Of a DNA stretch of 64,000 bases, positions 11,999 through 23,814 are shown in pieces. Source of the stretch: Octopus sinensis (Eukaryota); contig NC_043002.1 of assembly GCF_006345805.1 (NCBI RefSeq), forward strand, positions 107,694,001 through 107,758,000, given 5' to 3'. The position numbers and the translations under genes were made by a program. Position 1 is the first letter of the stretch. Every line of letters begins with the position of its first letter. The notes beneath the pieces are model-generated. The model had not been told where the DNA came from and did no database searches. It saw nothing but the letters and a program-made list of their open reading frames with translations.

Positions 11999-12792
11999 AT
12001 ATTATATATATATATATAATATATATATATAGTGTAGCCAAAAGAACTGTCGGCCAAAAGACAGATTGCTGAAACCGAACCTTCGATGTTTACTTTTCGT
12101 GTGACACATACAGGTCAGATTGTATACACTTTTAGCACAAAGTTGTATTGAGAACTTTAACAGTTTCTGTGCCAAAATGCCAACAAGAACCATTCACGCA
12201 CACCCACACGCACACCCACACACGCATACACACGCCCGCGCGCACCTGCATTCATAGTTCCATCCGCGTAACTTGATAACTCACATCGTTTCGAATTAAA
12301 AGCCACGATTTTAGAAATGCCTGTCTAACAGGCTTCATGTTGATTTATTTCAGATCGACGCTTCTCTCTTCTACTTTACGTGGCAAATCTAATTAAGACT
12401 TCTAAGGTCAAACGGTGTCTGACGCGTTCACTTCCTTATATTCTTTGTGAAACTCCAGAAATAATACATCACTCACATTGGCAATAGATTACATCAGCGT
12501 GCGCATGCGTGCATGTGCGTGTGTGTGTGTGTGTGTGTAGCTATGCATTATGTATTTAAATGTATGATAGACTATAACTGGCACAGTTATGCAGCTGCGC
12601 AGTCAGTAACCGAGGTTTAATTCTCGTCAATAGGTCTATTGTTCTCGGGGCGACGGATGGCAGAATCGGTAGCGTGTGGAATAACAAGTTTTTTTTTGTT
12701 TTTTTTTGGGGGGGGGGATTTCTTTACTCCTCACTACGTCCTGAGATCGAATCCTGTTTGAGATGACTTTACTATTCCGTCTTCATAAGTAT

Positions 12793-13205
12793 AGGCGCAG
12801 GAGTGGCTGTGTGGTAAGTAGCTTGTTTACCAACCACATAGTTCCGGGTTCAGTCCCACTGCGTGGCACCTTGGGCAAGTGTCTTCTACTATAGCCTCGG
12901 GCCGACCAAAGCCTTGGATTTGGTAGACGGAAACTGAAAAGAAGCCCGTCGTATATATGTATATATATATATATATATATATGCATGTGTGTGTTTGTGT
13001 GTCTGTGTTTGTCCCCCTCCCTCGCATTTCTTGACAACCGATGCTGGTGTCTCCCCGTAACTTAGCGGTTCGGCAAAAGAGACCGATAGAATAAGTACTG
13101 GGCTTACAAAAGAATAAGTCCCTGGGTCGAGTTGCTCGATTAAAAGCGGTGCTCCAGCATGGCCGCAGTCAAATGACTGAAACAAGTAAAAGAGTAAAAG
13201 AGTAT
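12793..13205 (+). mobile_element. tRNA-derived SINE family B (CORE-like, internal TA/TG microsatellite), full length
   Basis: Head aggcgcaggagtggctgtgtggtaag...gggttcagtcccactgcgtggcaccttgggcaagtgtc; tail (AAAGAGT)n. Confidence 0.9.
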
Positions 13206-13486
13206 ATAGAATATGTACTAGAGTTCATGTAAGCGATTAGACCCAAGAAAATTCCTTTACTCCGTCGCAACTCGGGGGTCTTCCCGATTCCGTCTTCCCG
13301 ATTCCTCAGAAAGTTGAAACTTAACTAGCAATGGAGCAAGCATTAGTTTTCGAAAAAAATGGATATACTTGACTTCTTATTCTGTCTCATCTTGTTTGTA
13401 AATCCAAATGCATACATACACGCACACACTTACACACACTCAAATACACATATATTTATATTTATTTATATACACTTATATATTAC

Positions 13487-13542
<56 letters not shown>

Positions 13543-14098
13543 ATATATATAATATATATATATTATTATATATATATATATATATATATATATTTACATC
13601 TAATATAGATCAAATTTTTCGAAAAGAATCTTATCACTGGCCAGCATATTAAAAAATACCTTTAAAGGTTAAATTTATAAACAACTTATAAACAAGGGCA
13701 AAAGAAAAAAATCTAATGCCGAAAATAGACAAATCGTCAATAACCATATAATTTATCTCTATAAGCACGCGTCTCGAAGTAAGCCGGCAGAAATTTCTAA
13801 AAAATTCCGTTATTATCGTATTGGTCCCAATTTCAGAGTTAATTCATAAAAATTTTCTCCTCGTCAGCGATAAACACGGTAAGAAATAAATTAAATACTT
13901 ACTTATACCCACATGAGAAAAAGAGAGATGACTGTGCCGGATAAATGAGAGGGAAGTACTTAATCTATATTGTAGAGGCTATAATAGTTCTTTTATCTGA
14001 AATTGAAACCGAGTCGCTAGACAAACCTTCGGTTTCAGTTTCAATAAAGAAACACACATCACATACACTTACACACACGTGTGTGTTTATGTATGCAA

Positions 14099-14716
14099 AA
14101 TAAAGAAAACCCAAAACATTGTGTGGAAGTTAAATTTGTTTCCTCAGGTGACCATCACTCGGAGTTTGAAGGGCACGTAAAGTAATTATCTGACTTTCCG
14201 ATGTTTGCCATTAATGGACCTTTAGTCGCATGCAACCGAAAAAGTCGTTTTTTAACTTGGCTCCAAATAGTGGAGACAAGTCACGTGGTGAAACCTGCTG
14301 CTCAATGATTCGATGTAAAGAAAGTAAACTGGATGACATTAACTTTTGCTATCAAGCATGCCTATTCCTTATTATTTCTCTCTGTATTGTAGTCCCTAAC
14401 TGACATTATTTTTCAGTCGTAAATATTCCAAGAGAAACCCCTGTCTGATAGGGTTTCTCTTGATAGCAAAAGTTAATGTCATCCAGTTTACTATCTTTAC
14501 ATTGAATCATTGAGCAGCAGGTTTCACCACGTGACTTGTCTCCACTATTTGGAGCCAAGTTAACAAACGACTTTTTCGGTTGCATGCAACTAAAGTTCCA
14601 TTAATGGCAAACATCGGAAAGTCAGATAATTACTTTACGTGCCCTTCAAACTCCGAGTGATGGTCACCTGAGGAAACAAATCTAACTTCCACACAATGTT
14701 TTGGGTTTTCTTTATT
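14099..14716. repeat. Long near-perfect inverted repeat (~258-bp arms)
   Basis: 14099-14356 is the reverse complement of 14459-14716; about 6 mismatches counted by eye. Confidence 0.95.
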
Positions 14717-16067
14717 ATTCTGACAATAATTGGAAATTCCCTCCCATTTTCTATGAAGCGATACCGCAGACTGCTTCAGTATAATTTCACTGACAAAGAG
14801 TCAGTAACAGGTTGGAGTAGGGAGGATATCTACTGACTATGTTGCCCCTTGTTGGCTTCTAAATTAGAGTGGTTGTGTTCTTATTCTCTTGCTTTCTAAA
14901 TAAAACGGGATAGGAAGATGAAGTTTCCATGTCTCTAAGCCAAAAAGAGTAAGGATGTTAACTGTAACGCTCTTTGACGTTATTAGCAGTCATCCCCATT
15001 ACAGTTCTTCTGAACACCATTAAGTGCAATAAATATTACTCTATACACTACGGCTACGGTTAAATGGAATCCTCTCAATAGGCAAATGCAGCTAGGTTGC
15101 GCACATACATACATACATACATACATACATACATACATACATACATACATACATACATACATACATACATGTACATATATAAATACACACACATATATAG
15201 CTAGGTTGTACACAAAATAGACACATACGTGTGTGTGTGTGTGTTCTTGGAAGTGATAAGTTCGAAGGAATACGGCCAGGTCACTTAGAATAAAGAACTC
15301 GAAAAAAGAAGTCCATATGTCTATAAGTTTAATCCATCAAGTCCGGCAAAATATTTTTTCATAGATTCACAGTTATGAAGCAATAAAGCAAGCGTATAAC
15401 ACACACGTACACACGCACACACACACACACACACACACCGCACGCGCGCGCACAAACACACACACTGAACCGGAGTGTAATTGTAATTGTGCGTGTGTAT
15501 AATTGTATTCTCGTGCAAATTTCTATCTTCTGGGTGTGGAGCAATCTAGTGCACGGCTATAAATTCATTGAACGTAAGATAATTTTAAATTCTATCGCCA
15601 TATTGAAATGATGTTTCGACTGTTACATTCCAGTCTAGTGAAACCACTTTGCTAAGTAAACAAGGCCAACAAATAAAGACTATTTTATGGTGTTTTATCC
15701 CGCTTCGTTATCAGTAATTCAGCATCGACTTTATCTTTTACTGAGACTTCCAAACAACAACAACGACAACAACCAGACAACCTCACCATCATACCATCCA
15801 CACTTTACACAGTTCCAGCCCAGTTTTGATGGTGGTTTTAACTTTCAGACATTTTCAGAAATGTATTATTTCAGTTATGCAATAGTTTTCATTCCAACTG
15901 TATATTATTCTTAATGGGTTGTATAACCCTAGGTAAGCTTTGAATCCTGGAATGAAAGACATTCCAGCCGTGATCATTCAGTAATGCTTATACTTTTCTT
16001 TCTTGCCATGGTGTATCTAGAACTACATTCTTTAATGTGTTCTTTTATGTTTCTGTTTGAAATTTGC

Positions 16068-16598
16068 AGTGTGGTAAGTAGCTGGCTTACCAACCACATG
16101 GTTCCGGGTTCAGTCCGATTGAGTGGCACCTTGGACAAGTGTCTTCTACTATAGCCTCGGGCTGACCAAAACCTTGTGCGTGGATTTGGTAGACAGAAAA
16201 AGACCGTCGTATATATGTGTATATATATAATATATATATATATTATATATATATATATATATTATATATATATATAATATATATCTATTATATATAACAT
16301 ACATACATACATCATACATACATACCTAATACATACATACATACATACTACATACATACATATATATATGTATGTGTGTGTATGCTTGTGTGTCTGTGTT
16401 TGTCCCCCCAACATCGCTTGACAACCGATGGTGGTGTGTTTAAGTCCCCGTAACTTAACGGTTCGGCAAAAGAGACCGATAGAATAAGTACTAGGCTTAC
16501 AAAGAATAAGTCCTGGGCTCGATTTGCTCGACTAAAGGCGGTGCTCCAGCATGGCCGCAGTCAAAATGACTGAAACAAGTAAAAGAGTAAAAGAGTAA
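16068..16598 (+). mobile_element. SINE family B with expanded internal microsatellite
   Basis: Homologous to 12793-13205. Confidence 0.9.
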
Positions 16599-17029
16599 TG
16601 GTATAAAGAAGATACGGATTGTTACGTTTAGCAGAGCGATCGAATGCCTAAAGGCTTACTCATCGGCTCATATGGAAGACTGTTTTTGATATTGCTGTGT
16701 TTTTCCCTGTCCTGCTGGTATTTTAGCAAACATGTTCTCTGTTCTTTCTATTAACTACTCACCACCACCACCACCACAACCCCACACACACATACGCACA
16801 AACACATATATACGCACAAACACACATACATCAGAATTTGAGGGTCAATTGCTCACTCTTGAAGAAGACTCGTCCAGCTTTTATGAACATTATGTTAATC
16901 AGGAAGTACTATCGATATCAAATAGGTAGCTACCCTCACTTCAATCTTATTAAGAGAGTAATTATTGCAGTCACAAAATTAAGCTTTTTCTTTAATCTTC
17001 TTTTGAACGTCATTTTTCTGAATATAAAT

Positions 17030-17250
17030 ATAAATGTATTACTTTATTTTTTACGTAAGTACCAGTTGAACACGGGGATCCTTGTAATCGTCTTCACTAC
17101 TCCCGGGTAAGAATATAAAAAACTATAGCCCTCTGCTATATTAAACTAATGTGGCACAGTAGGTTCATCAAACCAGTATAATCTCAACCTCAAATCCACG
17201 GCCTCCATATCAGACAGCGGTTGGTGGAGAGAACATGCTGAGGCCGTCGT
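17030..17250. repeat. Unclassified ~215-bp direct repeat, copy 1 (copy 2 at 18637-18853)
   Basis: tattactttatttt..cgtaagtaccagttgaacacgggg...gagagaacatgct.aggcc in both. Confidence 0.85.
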
Positions 17251-18147
17251 CGCAGCGGACTGAACATGGGAAATTTAAATCCAAACCCAAATGGTTCACA
17301 TTAATGAGTTTTTCTTTCAAATTGACGATGATTTATCAATAATTTTAACAACAGGTTTCTAAAATTACTCCCCTGATCTTTCATTAATTTTGAATTAGTT
17401 ATAAACACTCAATGCTAGTGTTTCGTTGCTAACAATTTCATACAAGAAAACATTTTGTGGAGAACATCTCGCCATTCTTTTATAAAATTTTAACTTGAAG
17501 CCTTATGCTAATGATTGCTCACATTTCTAAAACGCTACTGTTTTCTTCCATTGGATCAAATATTCATGTTTTTTTAATGGCTGTTAATATTTCCTAGGGC
17601 TTCCAATGATTGAGTCAGTGGTGTTCGTTCTATAATGATTGGTACATCATGAATACAAGAAATGCCAAAACCAATAAGCAGCTTTTACCTCTAAAGAATT
17701 AACACCACAACAGCAGCAAGCTTTTCCCCACTTATTTCCCGGCATTCATTTCAACCATCTTCCATTCAGTGAAGCAAATTATTTTGGCCCTTTACTCGTC
17801 GTACATTTCACCAAGTTCTAAGCGACCTCGCTATTTTCTTATATTTCAATATTGAAATGCTTAATGTCTTTTATATCTCTAAAAGACACACCTACTTCCT
17901 TAAATAACAATTTTCATTTCGATGCACCGACGGTTGGCCTACATGCGTTTGTGATATTTTCAATGCTGACAAAAGACTGCGCTATTCAAGAAATTATGTC
18001 ACACAGTCAGTTCTTTTTTTTTATTTTAGATATTGCATCATGCATCCTTTATCTATTTCTCTCTCTATTCCAATCAAGTGGGATACTGTTTCAAATTTTG
18101 TGTGTGTTGCATATATTGTGTATATTGTGTATTTATAACCGATATAT

Positions 18148-18179
<32 letters not shown>

Positions 18180-18252
18180 GCTTCAGGGTATTGACAAAAT
18201 TCTGGTGCATCTGACTTAAGTACCATATTTATTTGAATCTACATTTTGCTGA

Positions 18253-18289
<37 letters not shown>

Positions 18290-19026
18290 AGTTTCAAGGT
18301 ATTGACCCTATCAGTCCATGTGTATCATAAGTTGAAGACGGGAAGGATGGCTTCCCTTTGCAAATACTGATAGGGCACAGAAAGTGTGTCTATAGCCAGC
18401 TGGAGGAGGTGTCCTCCTGGGGCTACAAACTACAGTAGCATCCACCCTTAGGGGTTAGCCATATTCAAATGGCAAATATACGTCACGATGTGTTGCTGCT
18501 ACTGTTTATAACTCGCTCTGAGATTTATCATTGTTATATATATATATATATATATAAGTTCAGCAAAATGTAGATTCAAATGAATATGGCACTTAAGTCA
18601 GATCCACCAGAATTTTGTACGGCATTATCCATATAATATTACTTTATTTTTCACGTAAGTACCAGTTGAACACGGGGCGGGGTCCTTGCAATCGGCTTAA
18701 CTATTCCGGGTAAGAATATAAAAAACTATAGCCCTCTGCCAAGCGATGTTAAACCAATGTGGCACAGTAGGTTCATCAAACCAGTATAATCTCAACCTCA
18801 AATCCGCGGCCTCCATATCAGACAGCGGTTGGTGGAGAGAACATGCTCAGGCCTCCTCACTAGCAGCTCCCAATAACTAAAAGAAAAATCTAGTCAGAAG
18901 ATAAATTCTAACACTATAATGTTCTTAACAATCAAATCAACCTCTCTATTTGTATATCTACCCTCTTTATAATGTTAGCAATTGACATAGAAATAAGTAT
19001 ATGTATTGATGGAAAACCTCTATGAA

Positions 19027-19110
19027 TGGCTGAAGATTGCTCAACATTTTAAAACTGATGTAGTACTTACAATGTTTAATAAAATGTTGTAGTATGAAAC
19101 GATCGTACCA
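19027..19110 (+). ncRNA. Type I hammerhead ribozyme motif with long stem II
   Basis: UGG-CUGAAGA (19030-36)-stem II including CAACAUUUUA/UAAAAUGUUG-GAA-ACGAUCGU (8-nt palindrome)-A-CCA. Confidence 0.75.
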
Positions 19111-19292
19111 AATTGCCGAAGATATTTATGTTGCTTACTTTGATTATATATATATATATATATTCGGTTAAGTAATTGAGATTCTAGTGAATTCTAAAGA
19201 ATTCACATGAATATGGTCCTTAAATAGGATGCACCGGATATCTATATGGTGTTAACCATACGACAAGTGGGGTGATTATAAATAGGAAAAAA

Positions 19293-19392
19293 NNNNNNNN
19301 NNNNNNNNNNNNNNNNNNNNNNNNNNNNNNNNNNNNNNNNNNNNNNNNNNNNNNNNNNNNNNNNNNNNNNNNNNNNNNNNNNNNNNNNNNNN
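19293..19392. other. Assembly gap (100 N)
   Basis: Run of N. Confidence 1.
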
Positions 19393-19432
<40 letters not shown>

Positions 19433-19664
19433 AATATATATATATAGTCCTTTTGCTGCGAATGGTTCAGACAGTTCAATGCTGACTCACACCTACTACT
19501 AACCGCCTCCTCACACTACACCCACCGCTATTCCTATTTTCCTTTCCTTTTCTTTTCTTAACTTTTTTCTTTCTTTCTTTCTTTTTTCTCTTTCTTCTCA
19601 AAACATTAGTCGAGTGTTTAGCACAGTTCTAGCTTTTCCCCTGCAGACTAAGGATTCCACAACT

Positions 19665-19667
19665 CTT

Positions 19668-19703
<36 letters not shown>

Positions 19704-19854
19704 TACTGCTACTGCTACTGCTGCTGCTGCTGCTCTGCTGCTGCAACAATAACAACATCAATCACTACTATCACTACCACTATTACTACTGGTACTACTA
19801 CTATTACTACTACTACTACTACTACACCCCACCACCACCACCACCACCACCACC

Positions 19855-19905
<51 letters not shown>

Positions 19906-19960
19906 GCTGCTACTACATCTACTGCTGCTGCTGCTGCTACTGCTGCTGCTGCTGCTGCTA
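19665..19960. repeat. Compound trinucleotide microsatellite (CTA/CTG/CAC)n
   Basis: Direct inspection. Confidence 0.95.
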
Positions 19961-20379
19961 CGTAAATTCCTTAGTTGCATGCTGGTTATTTTATCTCTGC
20001 TATTAGGAAAGTTTCTGTATTCCTTGCTGTTGTCTGTAGTCACTGCTCGGACGACCAGCTACAGCTAACCCTGCCCCCACCCACCACCACACCCGTAACC
20101 CTCCAACCCAACCCCCGAACCTCATCCCACTCTCGACTGTTGTTGTTGCTGCTATTAATGTTCTTACCGCTATACCACCTGTAATAATGATGACTTGCTC
20201 TCGTTACATCAATGATAAACATGATGATGATGATGGTGGTGGCTTTGGTGGTGGTGGTGGTAAGGATGATGAAGATGATGGTTATGATGATGATGATGAT
20301 CGTGATGATGGGGAGGAGGAGGGAAATGAGAAAATGTCTAATAATAGCTTCAGGCAGTAATAACAGCAGCAGCAGCAGT

Positions 20380-20592
20380 CCTTTCTATTATAGACACAAG
20401 GCCTGAAATTTGGGGGGAAGGAGCCAGACGATTAGATCGACCCCAGTACGCAACTGGTACTTAATTTATCGATCCCGAAAGGAAGAAATGCAAAGCCGAC
20501 CTCGGCGGAACATGTGCTAAAAACGTTATTACGGACGAAATGCCGCTAAGCATTTTGTCCGTTGAGTTAACGATCCTGCCAGCTCGCTGCCT
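20380..20592 (-). mobile_element. SINE family A (single-domain form with long tail)
   Basis: Family A head and domain in reverse. Confidence 0.8.
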
Positions 20593-20934
20593 TTCTATTA
20601 AATTTCTATCGTGTTCTTTCTATAGGCACAAGGCCTGAAACTATAGGCTGAGTTACAGAATAGAAGTCCTTTACTTCATGAAGAAGGAATAGAGCAGAAT
20701 TTTCCTTTCTTCCATTCCCTTTTATTCATTATAGGTACAAGGCCTGAAACATTAGGGGACGGGGTTCGTCGATTACATGGACTCCAGTGCTGAACTGGTA
20801 CTTATATGATGAAAGGAAAAGTCAACCCCGGTGGAACTGGAACTCAGATGTATAGCCAGGAAAATTACTGCTACGCATTTTGTTCGGCGCAGTAACCATT
20901 CTGCCAGTTCGCTGCTTTAATCATCCTTTCAACT

Positions 20935-21326
20935 AAGGCGGCGAGCTGGCAGAATGGTTAGCACGCCGGGCGAAATCCTTAGCGGTATTTTGCCCGTCGC
21001 TACGTTCTGAGTTCAAATTCCGCCGAGGTCGACTTTGCCTTTCATCCTTTCGGGTACGATAAATTAAGTACCAATTACGCACTGAGATCGATATAATCGA
21101 CTTAATCCGTTTGTCTGTCCTTGTTTGTCCCCTCTGTGTTTAGCCCCTTGCGGGTAGTAAAGAAATAGGTATTCCGTCTGTCTTTACGTTCTGAGTTCAA
21201 ATTCCGCCGAGGTCGACTTTGTACTTCATCCTTTCGGGATCGTTAAAGTACCAGTTGCGTACTGGGGTCGATCTAATTGATTGGTCCCCTCCTCCAAAAT
21301 TTCGGGCCTTCTGACTAGAATAGAAA
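20935..21326 (+). mobile_element. SINE family A, dimeric form
   Basis: aaggcggcgagctggcagaatggttagcacgcc...GAGTTCAAATTCC; second unit starts after aaagaaataggta. Confidence 0.9.
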
Positions 21327-21489
21327 AGTTATTTTATCTCTGCTATTAAGAAAGTTTCTGTATTCCTTGCTGTTGTCAGTAGTCACTGTTTGGACGACCA
21401 GCTACCGCTAACCCTGCTCCACTACCACTACCACCACCACCACCACCACCACCACACCCACAACCACCCAACACTCCCAAACCCACACC

Positions 21490-21977
21490 CCTTTCTAATA
21501 TAGGCACAAGGCCTGAAATTTGGAGGGAAGGAGCCAGACGATTAGATCGATCCCAGTACGCAACTGGTACTTAATTTATCGACCCCGAAAGGATGAAAGA
21601 CAAAGTCGACCTCGGCGGAATTTGAACCCATCCCGCTCAAAAGGTCCCTGAATAAGGATTGTTTAAGGATGTTGAACAAAACACCCATGTTTCCAGAGGT
21701 GAATTATTCAAACCCCAAAGAATCCCTCTCAACACATGGCTATGATGCTCCCCCACTACTTCTGCTCGTGATCAGAGACGCACATGTCATCAGCCACTAA
21801 GGGACATGCTCAACTGGTTAAGGTCAAACAAATGACAAGCAAATCTGTGGTATTGAGCAGAATATTTGCTGTAGCCCATCTTTTATACCAAGACGAAATA
21901 ATGTACATGATAACACTTCCAATCAGTTAAGATCAGAAGCCATGAGAGCCACTGCCTGGTACTGTATCAGGGCATTT
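21490..21977 (-). mobile_element. Chimera: 5' half of element E fused to the 3' part of SINE A
   Basis: Junction at ~21625 (gatgggtt|caaattccgccg on the minus strand). Confidence 0.75.
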
Positions 21978-22045
21978 GTTATTATTATTATTATTGTTGT
22001 TGTTGTTGTTGTTGTTGTTATCATTATATTGTTTTTGCAAAACTT

Positions 22046-22420
22046 CTAACGCTTGTCGGAGCCCTGGGAACAGTGAGTAAAGAGCTTGAGAAGTACATGG
22101 AACAAATCGGGGCTGTACCTTAGTTCACTGGTAGTGAACTAAGGTAACACCCCTTATTTTTCGAGCACCTTCCGGAGTATTCGAGCGATTCCAATCAGTG
22201 CTGTTTTCTGCAAGTGGTCCACACTTATTGCAGCCCCTTATTTGTTCCGTGTACTTCTCAAGATTTTTACTCACTGATCCCAGGGCTCCGACAATTATTG
22301 GTATTACTACTACTACCACCTTTTTCAGCGACCACAACTGCTTAACTTCCCAAGCTAACCTGTTATATCTTTCGACCTTTCTTTCTTCCTTATCGCATAC
22401 CTTGTTGTCAGCTGGGCATG
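22046..22420 (-). mobile_element. R4/Dong-like RLE LINE 3' end (family 1) with inverted rearrangement
   Basis: Minus frame ...KQLWSLKKVVVVVIPIIVGALGSVSKNLEKY; homologous to 60764-61258. Confidence 0.85.
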
Positions 22421-22443
22421 ATTATCATTATTATTATTATTAT

Positions 22444-22995
22444 TGAGTGAGCGAGCAGAGCATGCCATCAAAGTGACACTGGGGTAAAATATACGAAGCC
22501 CAGTATACCCATCATGACTACCTGTCTGATAAGGGTACACCGGCACATGCATCACAACCTATGTGCGCGACATGGTGATCTCATATCAAGATAAACAGCA
22601 CATGACCTTGCAGGTAGGGCCCAGTTAGAATTTTCTTCAGATCGAGTAACCCATCCGCTCAATAGTTCCTGAATAAGGGTTGTTAAGGATGTTGAACAAA
22701 ACACCCATGTTTCCAGAGGTGAATTATTCAAACCCCAAAGAATCCCTCTCAACACATGGCTATGAGCTCCCCCAACTACTTCTGCTCGTGATCAGAGATG
22801 GACACATCGTCAGCCACTGAGGGACATGCTCAACTGGTTAAGGTCAAACAACTGACAAGCAAATTGTGGTATGAGCAGAATATTTGCTGTAGCCCATCTT
22901 TTATACCAAGACAAAACAATGTACATGATAACACTTCCAATCAGTTAAGATCAGAAGCCATGAGAGCCACTGCCTGGTACTGCATCAGGGCATTT
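22444..22995 (-). mobile_element. Element E: ~555-bp non-coding element in (AAT)n, full length
   Basis: Ends AAATGCCCTGAT... and ...CACTCA shared with 45868-46426; flanked by ATT repeats. Confidence 0.85.
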
Positions 22996-23122
22996 ATTAT
23001 TATTATTATATTATCATTATTATTATTATTATTATTATTATGATTATTATTATTATTATTATTATATTATTATTATTATTACTATACTATTTTTATTATC
23101 ATCATCATCATTATTATTATTA

Positions 23123-23161
<39 letters not shown>

Positions 23162-23814
23162 TATTATTATTATTATTATTATTATGATTATTATTATTCT
23201 TATTCAGTATTATTTCAGTATATGTACAAGATTTGAAAGTTGTATGACTGTCGATTGCACAAATCCGAATGCTTGACTGATTTTTTATTTTATCGACCCT
23301 TGACGGATGATAAGTGAAGATGACCTTAACGTGATGTGAACTCAGAACGTACAAAAAAAAAAGCAAAAAAAAAAAAAAAAAAAAAATCCCCAGAAAGCCG
23401 AAAGAAATAACGCACGGCATTTTGTCCGACTCTAATTAATCTAAGTAGGAGTAGTCACGTTAGATGAAACACAGAATTATAAATACTTTGGAACCAATGA
23501 ACCCGGCTGAGCACAACACACAAATACGAATGAAACATAAATGCTAGCAACGAATATTACACACGTATCAAATTAGCGCATCAACAAGAGCCAAGGTATT
23601 AATAGACTCGCTGAGCCGGTAATAAGTTCTAATTAGTGTTATAATATTATCCACTGGATACTAACCTAACTAATATGATTAGACAGGTGAACACGAATGA
23701 TATTGAATGCGTTTAGAGCGCCACCTGAATCAGATAAAGATTGTATTCGCTACAAATACAAGGGGAGGGGGGTATGGGAGCCTTGAGTAATCTCTTCGTT
23801 TTTTTTTTAATGAT

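Noticed and set aside
12285-12340. Minus-strand mini-ORF MKPVRQAFLKSWLLIRND ending at a GTGAGT donor
   Set aside because: No clear acceptor or promoter and no recognisable homology; compatible with chance
22444-22995. Ribozyme cores inside element E (CTGATGC, CTGACGA, CTGATAA; HDV- or twister-like fragments)
   Set aside because: No complete hammerhead, HDV or twister fold could be assembled by eye
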